DNA of 64,000 nucleotides. It comes from Desulfomonilia bacterium. Lineage in GTDB: Bacteria > Desulfobacterota > Desulfomonilia > UBA1062. The notes under the pieces were generated by a model, which worked only from the letters and a program-made list of their open reading frames with translations, was not told where the DNA came from and made no database searches. Position 1 is the first letter of the stretch. Every line of letters begins with the position of its first letter. The translations under genes and the position numbers were made by a program. The stretch covers positions 352,001 through 416,000 of the forward strand of contig CAXXDQ010000007.1 of the NCBI GenBank assembly GCA_963664325.2, written 5' to 3'. Shown piece after piece: positions 1 to 9,992 of this stretch.

Positions 1-16
1 CTGACAAGATAAAAGC

Positions 17-127
17 AGCCGTTAAGCTGATAGGCTTTTGAGCTAATAAACTTAAAGAATCCAAATAGAATCAAAAACTGTTTTGCTAATCAGCATAACA
101 GCTAATCAGTTTAACAGCTCAACAACT
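17..127. repeat. Octamer (AGCT-core) inverted tandem-array element, copy A
   Basis: Left units agccgtta, agctgata, ggcttttg, agctaata, aacttaaa (17-56); right units aatcagca, taacagct, aatcagtt, taacagct, caacaact (88-127); strict 8-bp period, arms reverse-complementary. Confidence 0.8.
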
Positions 128-177
128 GCTACTATTAACATAGTAAAATTAGCACCTTTGTGATAGTAAAACCCTCT

Positions 178-1047
178 ATGGAAAACATCTACCAGAGCAT
201 GCTTGAGTTGATCAGGAAGGCCTGTACGGTTATTCCCGGCGATGTCATTTCAGCATTGGAAAATGCCCTCAAGAATGAAATTCCCGGCTCGCTTGCACAT
301 GAATCACTTAATACGATCATCAAAAGCACAGGGCTTTCATCATCAGGAATGCTGCCCATCTGCCAGGACACCGGCTCTGTTTTCGCAATAATCCGTTCAC
401 ATCCGAAAATGGCTCTTCTCATCCGGGAATCCATAGTGGATGCCATGAGGGAACTGACGCATGAAGGCATCCTAAGGCAGAACTGTGTCCATTCACTGAC
501 CGGCACGAATACAGGCGACAACACGGGAGAGCATGTCCCGCATATTCATATCGAACCATATGACGGAGAGCCCCAGGTGAGCCTGATGCTGAAAGGAGGC
601 GGCTCTGAGAATGTCAGCACCCAGTACAGCCTTCCGAATGATACGCTCAAGGCAGGAAGGGACCTGGAAGGCGTCAGGCGATGCGTTCTCGATGCGGTAT
701 ATAAAGCCCAGGGCAAAGGCTGCGCCCCGGGCATTACAGGCGTGTGCATCGGCGGCGACCGGGAGTCCGGATACCATATCGCCAAAGAGCAGCTCTTCAG
801 AAAGCTTGATGATTCAAGCAGCAACCAGGAACTGGCATTGCTCGAATCCCGCCTTTTAACCGAAGCAAACTCACTGGGAATCGGACCGATGGGGCTTGGC
901 GGGAGAACAACCCTGCTCGGTGTAAAAATAGCCGCGGCCTGCCGCCATCCTGCAAGCTTTTTTGTAACAGTGAGCTATTCATGCTGGGCAACCCGAAGGT
1001 ATGCTGTCGAACTCGATTCATCAGGGAGAGTTTCATCATGGCTGTAA
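178..1047 (+). CDS. Fe-S hydro-lyase, class I fumarate hydratase / tartrate dehydratase alpha subunit
   Basis: PICQDTG, KGGGSEN, GIGPMGLGG, HPAS and CWA motifs; ATG 178 preferred over GTG 160. Confidence 0.9.
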   Translation: MENIYQSMLELIRKACTVIPGDVISALENALKNEIPGSLAHESLNTIIKSTGLSSSGMLPICQDTGSVFAIIRSHPKMALLIRESIVDAMRELTHEGILRQNCVHSLTGTNTGDNTGEHVPHIHIEPYDGEPQVSLMLKGGGSENVSTQYSLPNDTLKAGRDLEGVRRCVLDAVYKAQGKGCAPGITGVCIGGDRESGYHIAKEQLFRKLDDSSSNQELALLESRLLTEANSLGIGPMGLGGRTTLLGVKIAAACRHPASFFVTVSYSCWATRRYAVELDSSGRVSSWL

Positions 1048-1622
1048 AACGCATAACATCTCCAATCAGTGAAAACACAGCCAGATCGCTTAATGCCGGC
1101 GACGATGTCCTGATTACAGGCCTGATCGTGACGGCAAGGGACGCCGCACATAAACACCTGGCCTCAACCGGAGAATCGCCGATCGATCTAAGAGGGACGA
1201 TAATCTACCATTGCGGTCCTGTCGCCATCAAACCGGGCGATACATGGAAAATCCTGGCCGCAGGGCCGACAACCTCGATGCGCGAAGAACCCTATGAAGC
1301 GGATGTCATCAGGCATTTCAGGCCTGCTGCAATCATGGGTAAAGGCGGCATGGGCCTTAAAACCCTTGAAGCGTTTAAAGAAACCGGTTGCGTCTACCTG
1401 CATGCGACCGGCGGCGCGGCAGCGTATCTTTCGGACTGCGTCAAGGCTGTCAGAGACGTGTATTTTTTGGATGAATTCGGACAGCCCGAGGCGATGTGGG
1501 TTCTTGATGTAATCGATTTTCCGGCCATAGTCACAATGGATTCCTCCGGCAAATCCCTGCATGAAAAAATTGAAAACCTGTCCCGCACTAATTTTGAAAA
1601 ACTTGTAAATCTTAAAAAATAA
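1038..1622 (+). CDS. Fe-S hydro-lyase, class I fumarate hydratase / tartrate dehydratase beta subunit
   Basis: TARDAAH, YHCGP, AGPTTSMRE, GKGGM and PEAMW motifs; start MAVKR overlaps alpha-subunit end. Confidence 0.9.
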   Translation: MAVKRITSPISENTARSLNAGDDVLITGLIVTARDAAHKHLASTGESPIDLRGTIIYHCGPVAIKPGDTWKILAAGPTTSMREEPYEADVIRHFRPAAIMGKGGMGLKTLEAFKETGCVYLHATGGAAAYLSDCVKAVRDVYFLDEFGQPEAMWVLDVIDFPAIVTMDSSGKSLHEKIENLSRTNFEKLVNLKK

Positions 1623-1645
1623 ACCCCGATAGAGGAGGATATACA

Positions 1646-2431
1646 ATGAACGTCAAAGATCTGTTCGACCTGAAAGGCAAGGTTTCAATAGTAACAGGCG
1701 GCGGCAGGGGCATAGGCTCGTTTATCGCCAAAGGGCTTGCTGAGGCAGGCAGCAGTGTTGTCATCGCATCACGCAAGCTGGCAAACTGCGAGAAAGAAGC
1801 CGCCGAGCTGTCGGCGCTCGGGATAAAGGCCCTGGCCGTCAAATGTGACATGGGATCAGAAGCTGATATAACAACCCTGGTTGACACCACGATGAAGGAA
1901 TTCGGGCGCATTGATGTGCTTGTAAACAATGCGGGCGTGACCTGGGGTGCGCCGACTCTAGATTTCCCGCTGGACGCCTGGGACAAGATATTCAGCGTGA
2001 ATACAAGGGGCGTATGGATAATCTGCCAGAAGGTGGCAAGGATCATGAAGGATCAGGGCGGCGGCAAGATGATAAATGTATCGTCTATTTACGGCTCGCG
2101 CGGTTCCCTCGAGGAGGCTCACCCTGCGGTTGCCTACAACCCGTCCAAGGCCGCGGTTGAGATCCTGACCAAGAATCTGGCAGTAAAACTTGCCCGCTAC
2201 AAGATATATGTAAACTGCATGGCGCCGGGCTTCTTCAAGACCGACATGATGGCCTATGTATTCAAGCCTGAGATGAAGCCCATCCTCGATGCAATAGTTG
2301 GTGAAATACCTCTGAGGATGTGGGGGGATGAGGACGAAATCAAGGGACTGGCCGTTTTCCTGGCATCAAAGGCATCCGATTACGTAACCGGAGGCATCTT
2401 CCCTGTTGATGGAGGCTTGGGGGCGAAGTAA
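1646..2431 (+). CDS. SDR family oxidoreductase (gluconate 5-dehydrogenase-like)
   Basis: TGGGRGIG, NNAG, YxxxK (YNPSK), VDGG; RBS gagga. Confidence 0.9.
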   Translation: MNVKDLFDLKGKVSIVTGGGRGIGSFIAKGLAEAGSSVVIASRKLANCEKEAAELSALGIKALAVKCDMGSEADITTLVDTTMKEFGRIDVLVNNAGVTWGAPTLDFPLDAWDKIFSVNTRGVWIICQKVARIMKDQGGGKMINVSSIYGSRGSLEEAHPAVAYNPSKAAVEILTKNLAVKLARYKIYVNCMAPGFFKTDMMAYVFKPEMKPILDAIVGEIPLRMWGDEDEIKGLAVFLASKASDYVTGGIFPVDGGLGAK

Positions 2432-2434
2432 ATT

Positions 2435-2553
2435 AGATGATAAGCTGATAAGCTGTTGAGCCAGAAAGAGCTAAGTAGCTGTAAAGCTGATTAACTTAAA
2501 CAAAGCCTTTTCAGATTATGCTTAACAGCTTATCAGCCATCTGCTTAGCAGCT
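2435..2553. repeat. Octamer (AGCT-core) inverted tandem-array element, copy B
   Basis: Left units agatgata, agctgata, agctgttg, agccagaa, agctaagt, agctgtaa, agctgatt, aacttaaa; right units taacagct, tatcagcc, tagcagct; fills the gap between convergent genes. Confidence 0.85.
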
Positions 2554-3452
2554 CAATAGAACCAGTAGATATCCTTTTTTATTTCATCAATCTTCGCTTT
2601 TCCCGCCGCATAGCCCTGGTCTATAAAATAATCGATATGGTCAAAGTCATACCAGTGCTGAAAATGGATTTCAGGGGTAATGACGCAGTCGATGTCCTTG
2701 CACAGGTATACATCCATATATTCCCTGGTTATGTCATAACTTCTGAAAATAACGTCAAAGGTGTTCGTGAGTTCATTGTCAGAATCGGCAATAACTTCGA
2801 CCGCTTTCCTGACATTTACCCCGATTATGTAATCGGGATTAAAGGTCTTTGCTAGGTGCACCGGCATCATCTCCGCAACCCCTCCGTCGACCAGCAGCAT
2901 GCTGCGCATGTTTATTGGCGGAAAATATCCGGGAATTGCACTGCTTGCCTGAAGCGCCCCGCACAGGTCGCCTTCCGAGAACACTATCGGGTCTCCGGTT
3001 ATCAAATCGATCGCCTGGCATTTGAAAGGTATCTTCATATCATCAAAAGACCTTTCACCGATAAGGGCACTCATATTCATAACGAAAGATTCCTGAGTCA
3101 GAATGGAAAGGTTGTTGATCGCCTTTGAGTAAAAATACCCTTTTTTAACGGTCGCCTGAATGCGCTCGAAAAAGCTATGGGCCGATTCCCTCTCCATTGA
3201 TTTTATCTCTTTCTGTGCATCCTTGAAAACAGGAGAATCCATGTAATCCTTAATCCTGTTTTTAACGTCGTTTATATCCATATAAATGCTGTAAAGTGAG
3301 CCGATTATTGCCCCGAATGACACCCCTGCAACAGCATCGATAGGGATTTGAGCCTCTATAAGGGCCTTTAACACCCCGATATGTGCAAGCCCTCTTGCGC
3401 TTCCTGCGCCAAGGGCCAGCACAACTCTTCTTTTTTTTCTTATTTTCATCAT
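2553..3452 (-). CDS. Patatin-like phospholipase
   Basis: Gly-rich LGAGSARG, nucleophile GVSFG (GxSxG), ASSAIPG, DGG. Confidence 0.9.
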   Translation of the reverse strand: MMKIRKKRRVVLALGAGSARGLAHIGVLKALIEAQIPIDAVAGVSFGAIIGSLYSIYMDINDVKNRIKDYMDSPVFKDAQKEIKSMERESAHSFFERIQATVKKGYFYSKAINNLSILTQESFVMNMSALIGERSFDDMKIPFKCQAIDLITGDPIVFSEGDLCGALQASSAIPGYFPPINMRSMLLVDGGVAEMMPVHLAKTFNPDYIIGVNVRKAVEVIADSDNELTNTFDVIFRSYDITREYMDVYLCKDIDCVITPEIHFQHWYDFDHIDYFIDQGYAAGKAKIDEIKKDIYWFY

Positions 3453-4762
3453 TTTCTTATTATAAAGGTGTCATTATCCATGTCCTGCATTTGAACACAG
3501 GCAAAGCCCTTGGCCGAATTGAACCATTTGATTCCCTGTGACCTGCAGTCAGCGCATGCGCCTCTCGCTATATGGACACAAACTGCGTTATTTCCGGTTG
3601 ACGCCTTGGTCTCTATTCTGAATACCCCGGGGCAACTGCACATTTTCTTGTACTCGACCTGAATGTCGGTTATATTTTCAGTATCATACATTATTGTCTT
3701 GCGCCGCTCAACGATACCTTCCTTTTTAACAGGTATCCCGCTTCTCTTCTGCCAGTAATGAAGTATCGAACTGCATATGTCCGCGATATATTTCATCTCC
3801 ATGGACGCCGGTTTGAACCTGCCCGGTTTGAAATCAGGTTCTCTGAGATATGAATAATCAAGTCCTGCAAGAGATAGTATTATCCCGGTATTTATATACG
3901 GAAGGGCCATCTCGATCGAGTACCCGCCCTCGAGAACGCAAATGTCAGGCGATATAATCTCTGTGAGTCTGGCATAGCCCCCGGCAGTAATTTGCATATT
4001 GGTAATGGGGTCGGAATAATGATTGTCCTGCCCGGCCGAATTGATAACAATATCGGGTTTGAATTCATCAAGAACCGGTCTTATAAGGTTTTCAGCCACA
4101 TATATGAAGCCATCGTCAACCGTTCCAGGAGGAAGCGGGATATTGAGCGTCATTCCTCTTGCACCGGGCCCGCCGAGGTCTTCGGTAAATCCCGTCCAGG
4201 GGTACAGCGTCCTGCCGTCCTGATGTACCGAAATAAACAGGATATCAGGGTCGTGCCAGAAAATGTCCTGCGTGCCGTCGCCGTGATGACAGTCGGTATC
4301 GACAATTGCAATTTTTTTTATGTGCGGATAATTCGTCCTGATCCATTCAACCATGATCGCTTCCATGTTGATATTACAGAAGCCCCTGCAGCCGTGCACA
4401 ACACGCATGGCATGATGTCCCGGCGGCCTGACCAGGGCAAAGGCCTTGTCCACCTTTTGCTCCAGCACAAGCCTGGCAGCCTCTATGCATCCCCCTGCGG
4501 ATATCCTGTGGGAATCCGTGATGACTGAATATATATCAGGTATGCAGAAATGAACCCTCGATATATCATTGTCTTTGGCGATACCGGCCTTGAATTCCCA
4601 GATACCTTCAATGTCGAGTAGACCTTCCTCAATCACCTGGTCCTGAGTATACAGCAGGCGCTCTTTCCTTTCAGGATGAAAGGCTGATATCTCCCAGTCA
4701 TAGGCCGGAAAGAAAATCAGGCCTGTCCTGTTTTTAGCTTTTATCCTGCCTGTTTTCATCAA
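3449..4762 (-). CDS. Histone deacetylase family Zn-dependent amidohydrolase
   Basis: RPPGHHA, GFCNIN, DTDCHHGDG, SAGQD, LEGGY. Confidence 0.92.
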   Translation of the reverse strand: MMKTGRIKAKNRTGLIFFPAYDWEISAFHPERKERLLYTQDQVIEEGLLDIEGIWEFKAGIAKDNDISRVHFCIPDIYSVITDSHRISAGGCIEAARLVLEQKVDKAFALVRPPGHHAMRVVHGCRGFCNINMEAIMVEWIRTNYPHIKKIAIVDTDCHHGDGTQDIFWHDPDILFISVHQDGRTLYPWTGFTEDLGGPGARGMTLNIPLPPGTVDDGFIYVAENLIRPVLDEFKPDIVINSAGQDNHYSDPITNMQITAGGYARLTEIISPDICVLEGGYSIEMALPYINTGIILSLAGLDYSYLREPDFKPGRFKPASMEMKYIADICSSILHYWQKRSGIPVKKEGIVERRKTIMYDTENITDIQVEYKKMCSCPGVFRIETKASTGNNAVCVHIARGACADCRSQGIKWFNSAKGFACVQMQDMDNDTFIIRK

Positions 4763-6417
4763 AAAAGCATCTTCCTGAATTCCGAAATAATCCCGGGTCT
4801 GGTCTGGAGTTTTAGTCTCATGTTCAGGCCTACGGTCCGAAATCCGTTGACCATGTTAAAACATTGCTCCTCTATAATATCAATTCCGTAGTCATCCGCA
4901 AGCCCCAGGAATACGGCATGCCTGTTTAAGAACCTTTCGCCTGCGCTTCTTAAATCTTCTATTGTAAATGTTGAAGGTATGCCCTCGTCGGCGCCGAGTT
5001 CAGGGCACACCATCAGCCTGCGTTGCGTATCTGCAAGAAGAGTTATCCGGGCAGTCGTCTTTGACACCGCAGCCCCTATTGCATTCGCCACATCATAATT
5101 TTGCGGCACATCACAGGGAATTCCCAATTCCGCCTCCAGAAAAGGTTTGAACGCCAAGGCAGGGGCCCCGATCAATATTATCTTTTCCGGATCAACCGTT
5201 TCAGGATGAAGCATCTCATAAATGGTGTAGACAGGATTTGCATTTACCTCGTCAAGGAAGTCTCTGTATGCCTGTTTTATTGAAACTACCGTTTGCCTGA
5301 GAATGGTCTTCGCAGTCTCCTCGATGTTCATGCCGCAGGCAGAGCCGATATTCTTGATGGCTTCGCATGCCCTTTCTTCACTGCCGATTTTCACTGCTCC
5401 GAGCACCCTGAAGGCATCCATAACAGTAGGAATCCTCCCCCCGAGACAGCATGGAGGGCCTTTCCTTGCAGGTCCGACAGTTATCACACCCTTGGAAACC
5501 GAGACCGCCGAATCGCCTCCGACACCGACGGAAACGGTCTTGAGTCCTCTGACAAGGGTTTTCAATCCTTTTATGCTTATGCCCTTTGGCTCAAATAACG
5601 GCAGGCCGAGTACGATTATTCCGATATCGGTTGTGGTACCGCCAATATCCATTACCGCGGCGCATTTCTCACCCGGCCTTAATGCAAGCGCCCCCATTAT
5701 GCTTGCAGCGGGTCCGGAAATTATTGTTTCCACAGGCAGTCTCTTTGCAGCAGAGGACGAGAACGTTCCACCGTCCGCCTTCAGGAAAAGAAGTTTGGAG
5801 CCGATTCCCAGTACTGTAAGGGCCTGATATACGGAAGATATGAACCGGGACTGTATCGGCAATACACCGGCATTAAAAAATGTCGTATGGATACGTCTGG
5901 GAAAATTAAGGCTTCCGCTCATCTGGTGTCCCATCGTTATATATTTGAACCGTTCCTCAACCAGGGTCTTTATCCTGACTTCATGAGATTGATTTCTTAT
6001 TGAAAACTTCGAAACTATTCCGAGTGATTCAATGCCGGAATCCCTGAGCAGGCCGGCACTCTGTTTCACTCCCGATTCATCGAGGGGCCTGTACTCTCTT
6101 CCCCTGTGGTCTATGGCCCCTTCAACAAGATAGAAATCCTTATTTAGAAAAAACAGATCCGGGTTAACGCCAGGGCCGGCACTTACGATCATTCCCCCTC
6201 TTTCAAGCCTGTCTTCAATAATAGCATTAGTGGTAAGGGTTGTCGAAAGCACAACCCTCCTGATGTTATTGTAATCAACATTCAGGGAGGACACACCTGC
6301 GTTTATTGAGGCAACCAGATCAGGGGACGTCTCAACCTTTGAAAAAGAAACGACTTCTCCTCCGGTTATGCATACAACATCAGTATGTGTGCCGCCAACG
6401 TCAATGCCAAGTATCAT
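4759..6417 (-). CDS. Hydantoinase/oxoprolinase family protein (A subunit-like)
   Basis: GIDVGGTHTD, STTLTTNA, SGPAAS, DIGGTTTD. Confidence 0.92.
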   Translation of the reverse strand: MILGIDVGGTHTDVVCITGGEVVSFSKVETSPDLVASINAGVSSLNVDYNNIRRVVLSTTLTTNAIIEDRLERGGMIVSAGPGVNPDLFFLNKDFYLVEGAIDHRGREYRPLDESGVKQSAGLLRDSGIESLGIVSKFSIRNQSHEVRIKTLVEERFKYITMGHQMSGSLNFPRRIHTTFFNAGVLPIQSRFISSVYQALTVLGIGSKLLFLKADGGTFSSSAAKRLPVETIISGPAASIMGALALRPGEKCAAVMDIGGTTTDIGIIVLGLPLFEPKGISIKGLKTLVRGLKTVSVGVGGDSAVSVSKGVITVGPARKGPPCCLGGRIPTVMDAFRVLGAVKIGSEERACEAIKNIGSACGMNIEETAKTILRQTVVSIKQAYRDFLDEVNANPVYTIYEMLHPETVDPEKIILIGAPALAFKPFLEAELGIPCDVPQNYDVANAIGAAVSKTTARITLLADTQRRLMVCPELGADEGIPSTFTIEDLRSAGERFLNRHAVFLGLADDYGIDIIEEQCFNMVNGFRTVGLNMRLKLQTRPGIISEFRKMLF

Positions 6418-6526
6418 AATCTACCTCGTAACACTTACTAATGAATATACAACTTTTATCATAACTTGAAGCTTTTATTTCTATCTGATATTAAACCTCC
6501 AATATTTTAACGGAGGAACAACCCCT

Positions 6527-7837
6527 GTGAGAACTCCTTTCTTTTTGTTTACAGTATTATTTGCATTATTTTTCGCCGCATGCTCAGAGAGCAGACCAGA
6601 TATCACATCTGCCACCCAGTCGGATTATGCCCCTGTCACCGAACAGAAAATTATTCTGGCTGTAACAAGTCTGACAGATAATCCGCCCATGACCTACACC
6701 TGGAATTACGACAATACAAACAGCACCCTGCTTGACGGTTATGGGAATATAATAGTTCCGGGAACTCAAACCAGCATGTACGGTGCATACTGGATTGCAC
6801 CTCAAGAACCGGGGATATATACAGTATCATGCACTGTCGGTGATAAGAGGAACGGAACGGATACGGCGTATTTCGAAATTCAGGTTATAAAACGGGGCAT
6901 CATCGAGCTTATGGATGCAAACCCGGCAAGCGCTAATTCCATCAGTTACGATATTAATGCGGTGTTAGGCGGAATATTCGCTATGGTGTCCAATGACAAG
7001 GACAGCCTGGGCAATCCTACCAACAATATAAAGATGTTCTCATCAAGTCTTTTCAAGCTCGATACTTCATGGGGAAGCGGATATCCTCTGACCGCACTTT
7101 ATCCCGTAAACTACTCTTCGGTATATACGTACTTCTATTCCTTCTGGGGCAGCTATATAAGTGGCAGCACCATAAATCTCATACAGCACGGTTCAACCGG
7201 GGTTGATGTACCCTTTGCACAGCCGACTACCGCAAACGATTATGTCAGGAACTTATCACTTATCAACAATAACATATGGATCTCTGCCGATTCGGGTTTA
7301 TGGAAATTTGACACCACAACAAACGGTTTTTCGAATACTCTTCCGGTATCTTCATATAATGCGGACGCTGCAGGCAGCCTTTCGGCAGTAGCGACGTCCA
7401 TGGGCGTATACTACTCCACAACAGGCGACATGAACTGGCAGCCTCTTCCAAGCGATCAGGGCAAGGCGATTTCAGTCGTCACACTTGCAAACCCGTTTAA
7501 TATCTTCGCACTATTGTTTGACGGTACAACAAAAAAACTTATGCAATACTTCAAGGATTTGAACACCGGCAACTGGACATACTATGATGTACCGCTGCCG
7601 GATGACGATCCTACTCTCGGCAGCATAACAAGGATATCGAAGGATTGGAAGGGAAGGATCTGGTGCGGAAATAAAAGATGGGACGGCGCATCCTGGTTCT
7701 ATCCCGACAAGCAAAACACCATCACAAATGCCATAGACTATACAATTGCCAGCTCCGAGGGCCTTGCATATTTCAAGACTACCAGCGGACAGCTCTGGGT
7801 CTGGGGGAAGACTCCTGCTCCATATTATCCAAGATGA
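6527..7837 (+). CDS. Hypothetical lipoprotein (Ig/PKD-like segment plus probable beta-propeller)
   Basis: Lipobox FAAC; PGIYTVSCTV Ig-like strand; Trp-containing beta repeats; RBS ggagg before GTG. Confidence 0.65.
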   Translation: MRTPFFLFTVLFALFFAACSESRPDITSATQSDYAPVTEQKIILAVTSLTDNPPMTYTWNYDNTNSTLLDGYGNIIVPGTQTSMYGAYWIAPQEPGIYTVSCTVGDKRNGTDTAYFEIQVIKRGIIELMDANPASANSISYDINAVLGGIFAMVSNDKDSLGNPTNNIKMFSSSLFKLDTSWGSGYPLTALYPVNYSSVYTYFYSFWGSYISGSTINLIQHGSTGVDVPFAQPTTANDYVRNLSLINNNIWISADSGLWKFDTTTNGFSNTLPVSSYNADAAGSLSAVATSMGVYYSTTGDMNWQPLPSDQGKAISVVTLANPFNIFALLFDGTTKKLMQYFKDLNTGNWTYYDVPLPDDDPTLGSITRISKDWKGRIWCGNKRWDGASWFYPDKQNTITNAIDYTIASSEGLAYFKTTSGQLWVWGKTPAPYYPR

Positions 7838-9144
7838 GAGGACTGGTTCAGATATTCACTTACGGCTGCCAGATGAACGACCTGGACAGCCAGAAAATGT
7901 ATTCCGAACTGAGCGCTCTCGACTATGTGGCCACCGCTGAGACTGAAAAGGCCGATGTCATAATCCTAAATACCTGTTCAGTCAGAAAAAAGGCCGAGGA
8001 AAAGGCCTTGAGCAACCTGGGCCGCCTGAAATTCCTGAAAAAAAGAAAGCCTTCGGTAGCAATAATCGTTGCAGGATGCGTGGCCCAGCAGGAAGGTTCG
8101 TCCCTGATCGCCAGGATGCCATATATCGATGCGGTAATAGGCACCCACCAGATCCACAAACTTCCGGAAATACTTGACATGGTTAAGGAAACTCACTCCC
8201 AGGAAGTCCAAACGGAATTTTCAGAGTTCATACCTTCGCTGGAACTTGTCCCGGACAAAGCGTTTATCCAGCCTGTTCACAGGGCTTACATAAACATCAT
8301 GCAGGGATGCGATAATTTCTGTTCATACTGCATTGTGCCTTATGTGAGAGGACGCGAGATCAGCCGGGACTGGAGAAATGTAATCGACGAAGTCAGATTA
8401 CACGCTGAAAGAGGGGCCAGGGAAATCTTCCTGCTCGGGCAGAACGTAAATTCGTATTCGGGCGGTATCAGCTTTGATACACTCCTTAAAAGAATTGCCG
8501 GAGTTGACGGCATATCAAGGATCCGCTTCACGACCTCGCACCCAAAAGATGTAAGCCCGGGGCTCATCGCATGCTTTGCAGAATTCGAGACCCTGTGCAG
8601 CCATATCCACCTGCCCTTTCAGTCCGGCTCGGATAAAATCCTCAAGGCCATGAACCGCCACTACACATTCGATTCCTATATGAAGCTGGTCAATGAGCTA
8701 AGGAAAGCCAGGCCTGATATTGCCTTCAGTGCGGATACCATGGTCGGTTTTTCCTCTGAAACGGATGACGACTTCAGGAGAACTCTCGACCTGATTGAAG
8801 CGGTCAGGTTTGATGTGCTTTATTCTTTCAAGTATTCACCGAGACCCGGCACCGCTGCCGCCGGAATTGAAGATGATGTCCCGCTTGGTGTCAAAAAGGA
8901 ACGCCTTTCAATACTGCAGGGGCTTCAGAACAGAATCACACTCGGAATAAACCGCTCAAGGACCGGCCGGATATTTGAAGTGCTTGTTGACGGTCCGAGC
9001 CAGAAAAACCCTTCTCAGATATACGGGCGCACCACGCATAACACGATTGTTAATTTCGAAGGCCCGTTATCCATTATCGGCGATGCCGCCACAGTCAGGA
9101 TCGTCCGCGGCAACAAGAACACCCTTACCGGCGAGCTTATTTGA
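7834..9144 (+). CDS. miaB: tRNA-2-methylthio-N6-dimethylallyladenosine synthase
   Basis: TYGCQMN, NTCSVR, radical SAM CDNFCSYC, LLGQNVNSY, RIRFTTSHP, C-terminal TRAM; ATG 7834 overlaps upstream stop (ATGA). Confidence 0.95.
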   Translation: MRGLVQIFTYGCQMNDLDSQKMYSELSALDYVATAETEKADVIILNTCSVRKKAEEKALSNLGRLKFLKKRKPSVAIIVAGCVAQQEGSSLIARMPYIDAVIGTHQIHKLPEILDMVKETHSQEVQTEFSEFIPSLELVPDKAFIQPVHRAYINIMQGCDNFCSYCIVPYVRGREISRDWRNVIDEVRLHAERGAREIFLLGQNVNSYSGGISFDTLLKRIAGVDGISRIRFTTSHPKDVSPGLIACFAEFETLCSHIHLPFQSGSDKILKAMNRHYTFDSYMKLVNELRKARPDIAFSADTMVGFSSETDDDFRRTLDLIEAVRFDVLYSFKYSPRPGTAAAGIEDDVPLGVKKERLSILQGLQNRITLGINRSRTGRIFEVLVDGPSQKNPSQIYGRTTHNTIVNFEGPLSIIGDAATVRIVRGNKNTLTGELI

Positions 9145-9979
9145 ACATCACGGAATCTTTTCGACCTGTCATGGCCTTGGATGATGTGGCAATGCCCAGC
9201 ACCCTGCACACGAGATCCATTGCAGATACGGGCAGGACAGCCTTGATGAGCGGCAGCAGGTAAACGCCCGGCGGCACGCCGATCATGGCCCTGCCCTTTT
9301 TGATTCCTTCGATGACCTTCACTGTGACATCTTCAGGCTTAAGCATTTTCGTGCCCTTTACTGGCCGTGCTCCTGAAAACATGCCAGTTGAAACCGTATT
9401 TGGGCATACATAGATGAACTTTATCTTTTTCTGCCCGGCAAGCGCCATTTCCTGCCTTAAGGATTCGGTAAGCCCGATAACAGCAAACTTGGAGGCACAG
9501 TAATCGGAAATATAGGGCACTCCGAGCAACCCGCCGGCAGAGGCCATGTTAACAATGACGCCCTCTCCTTTTGAAACCATGTCCGGAAGAAAAGCCTTTA
9601 TTGACCAGAAAATAGACATCAGGTTTACGGATAAAAGCTTTTCAATCGACTCGTCCGATTTCTGCAAAAAGGGTGCTGATCGGACGACCCCCGCATTATT
9701 CACCAGGATGTCAATCAAACCGAATTCCTTTTTGATTTTTTCCGCAAGCCTGTAAATATTATCCCTGCCCGAAATATCGCATATATATGCAGCAACTGGT
9801 CCTGACACGGAAAGCTCTTTGGACGCGGCAGCAAGTTCAGCCTCCCTGATATCAGCTATTGCCACACGCGCCCCTTCCTTCAGGAAAAGCCCGGCAATCG
9901 ATTTCCCCATGCCCATTGCACCGCCGGTTACAAGTACATTCTTTCCTTTCAAATCAATCCTGAAGCGGCTCATATGCAT
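9137..9979 (-). CDS. SDR family oxidoreductase
   Basis: TGGAMGMG, NNAG, YCASK. Confidence 0.9.
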   Translation of the reverse strand: MHMSRFRIDLKGKNVLVTGGAMGMGKSIAGLFLKEGARVAIADIREAELAAASKELSVSGPVAAYICDISGRDNIYRLAEKIKKEFGLIDILVNNAGVVRSAPFLQKSDESIEKLLSVNLMSIFWSIKAFLPDMVSKGEGVIVNMASAGGLLGVPYISDYCASKFAVIGLTESLRQEMALAGQKKIKFIYVCPNTVSTGMFSGARPVKGTKMLKPEDVTVKVIEGIKKGRAMIGVPPGVYLLPLIKAVLPVSAMDLVCRVLGIATSSKAMTGRKDSVMFK

Positions 9980-9992
9980 ACTCTTGTCGGGA

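Noticed and set aside
7678-7833. N-terminal extension of miaB in the ORF track
   Set aside because: Overlaps the upstream lipoprotein; MiaB homology begins at ATG 7834.
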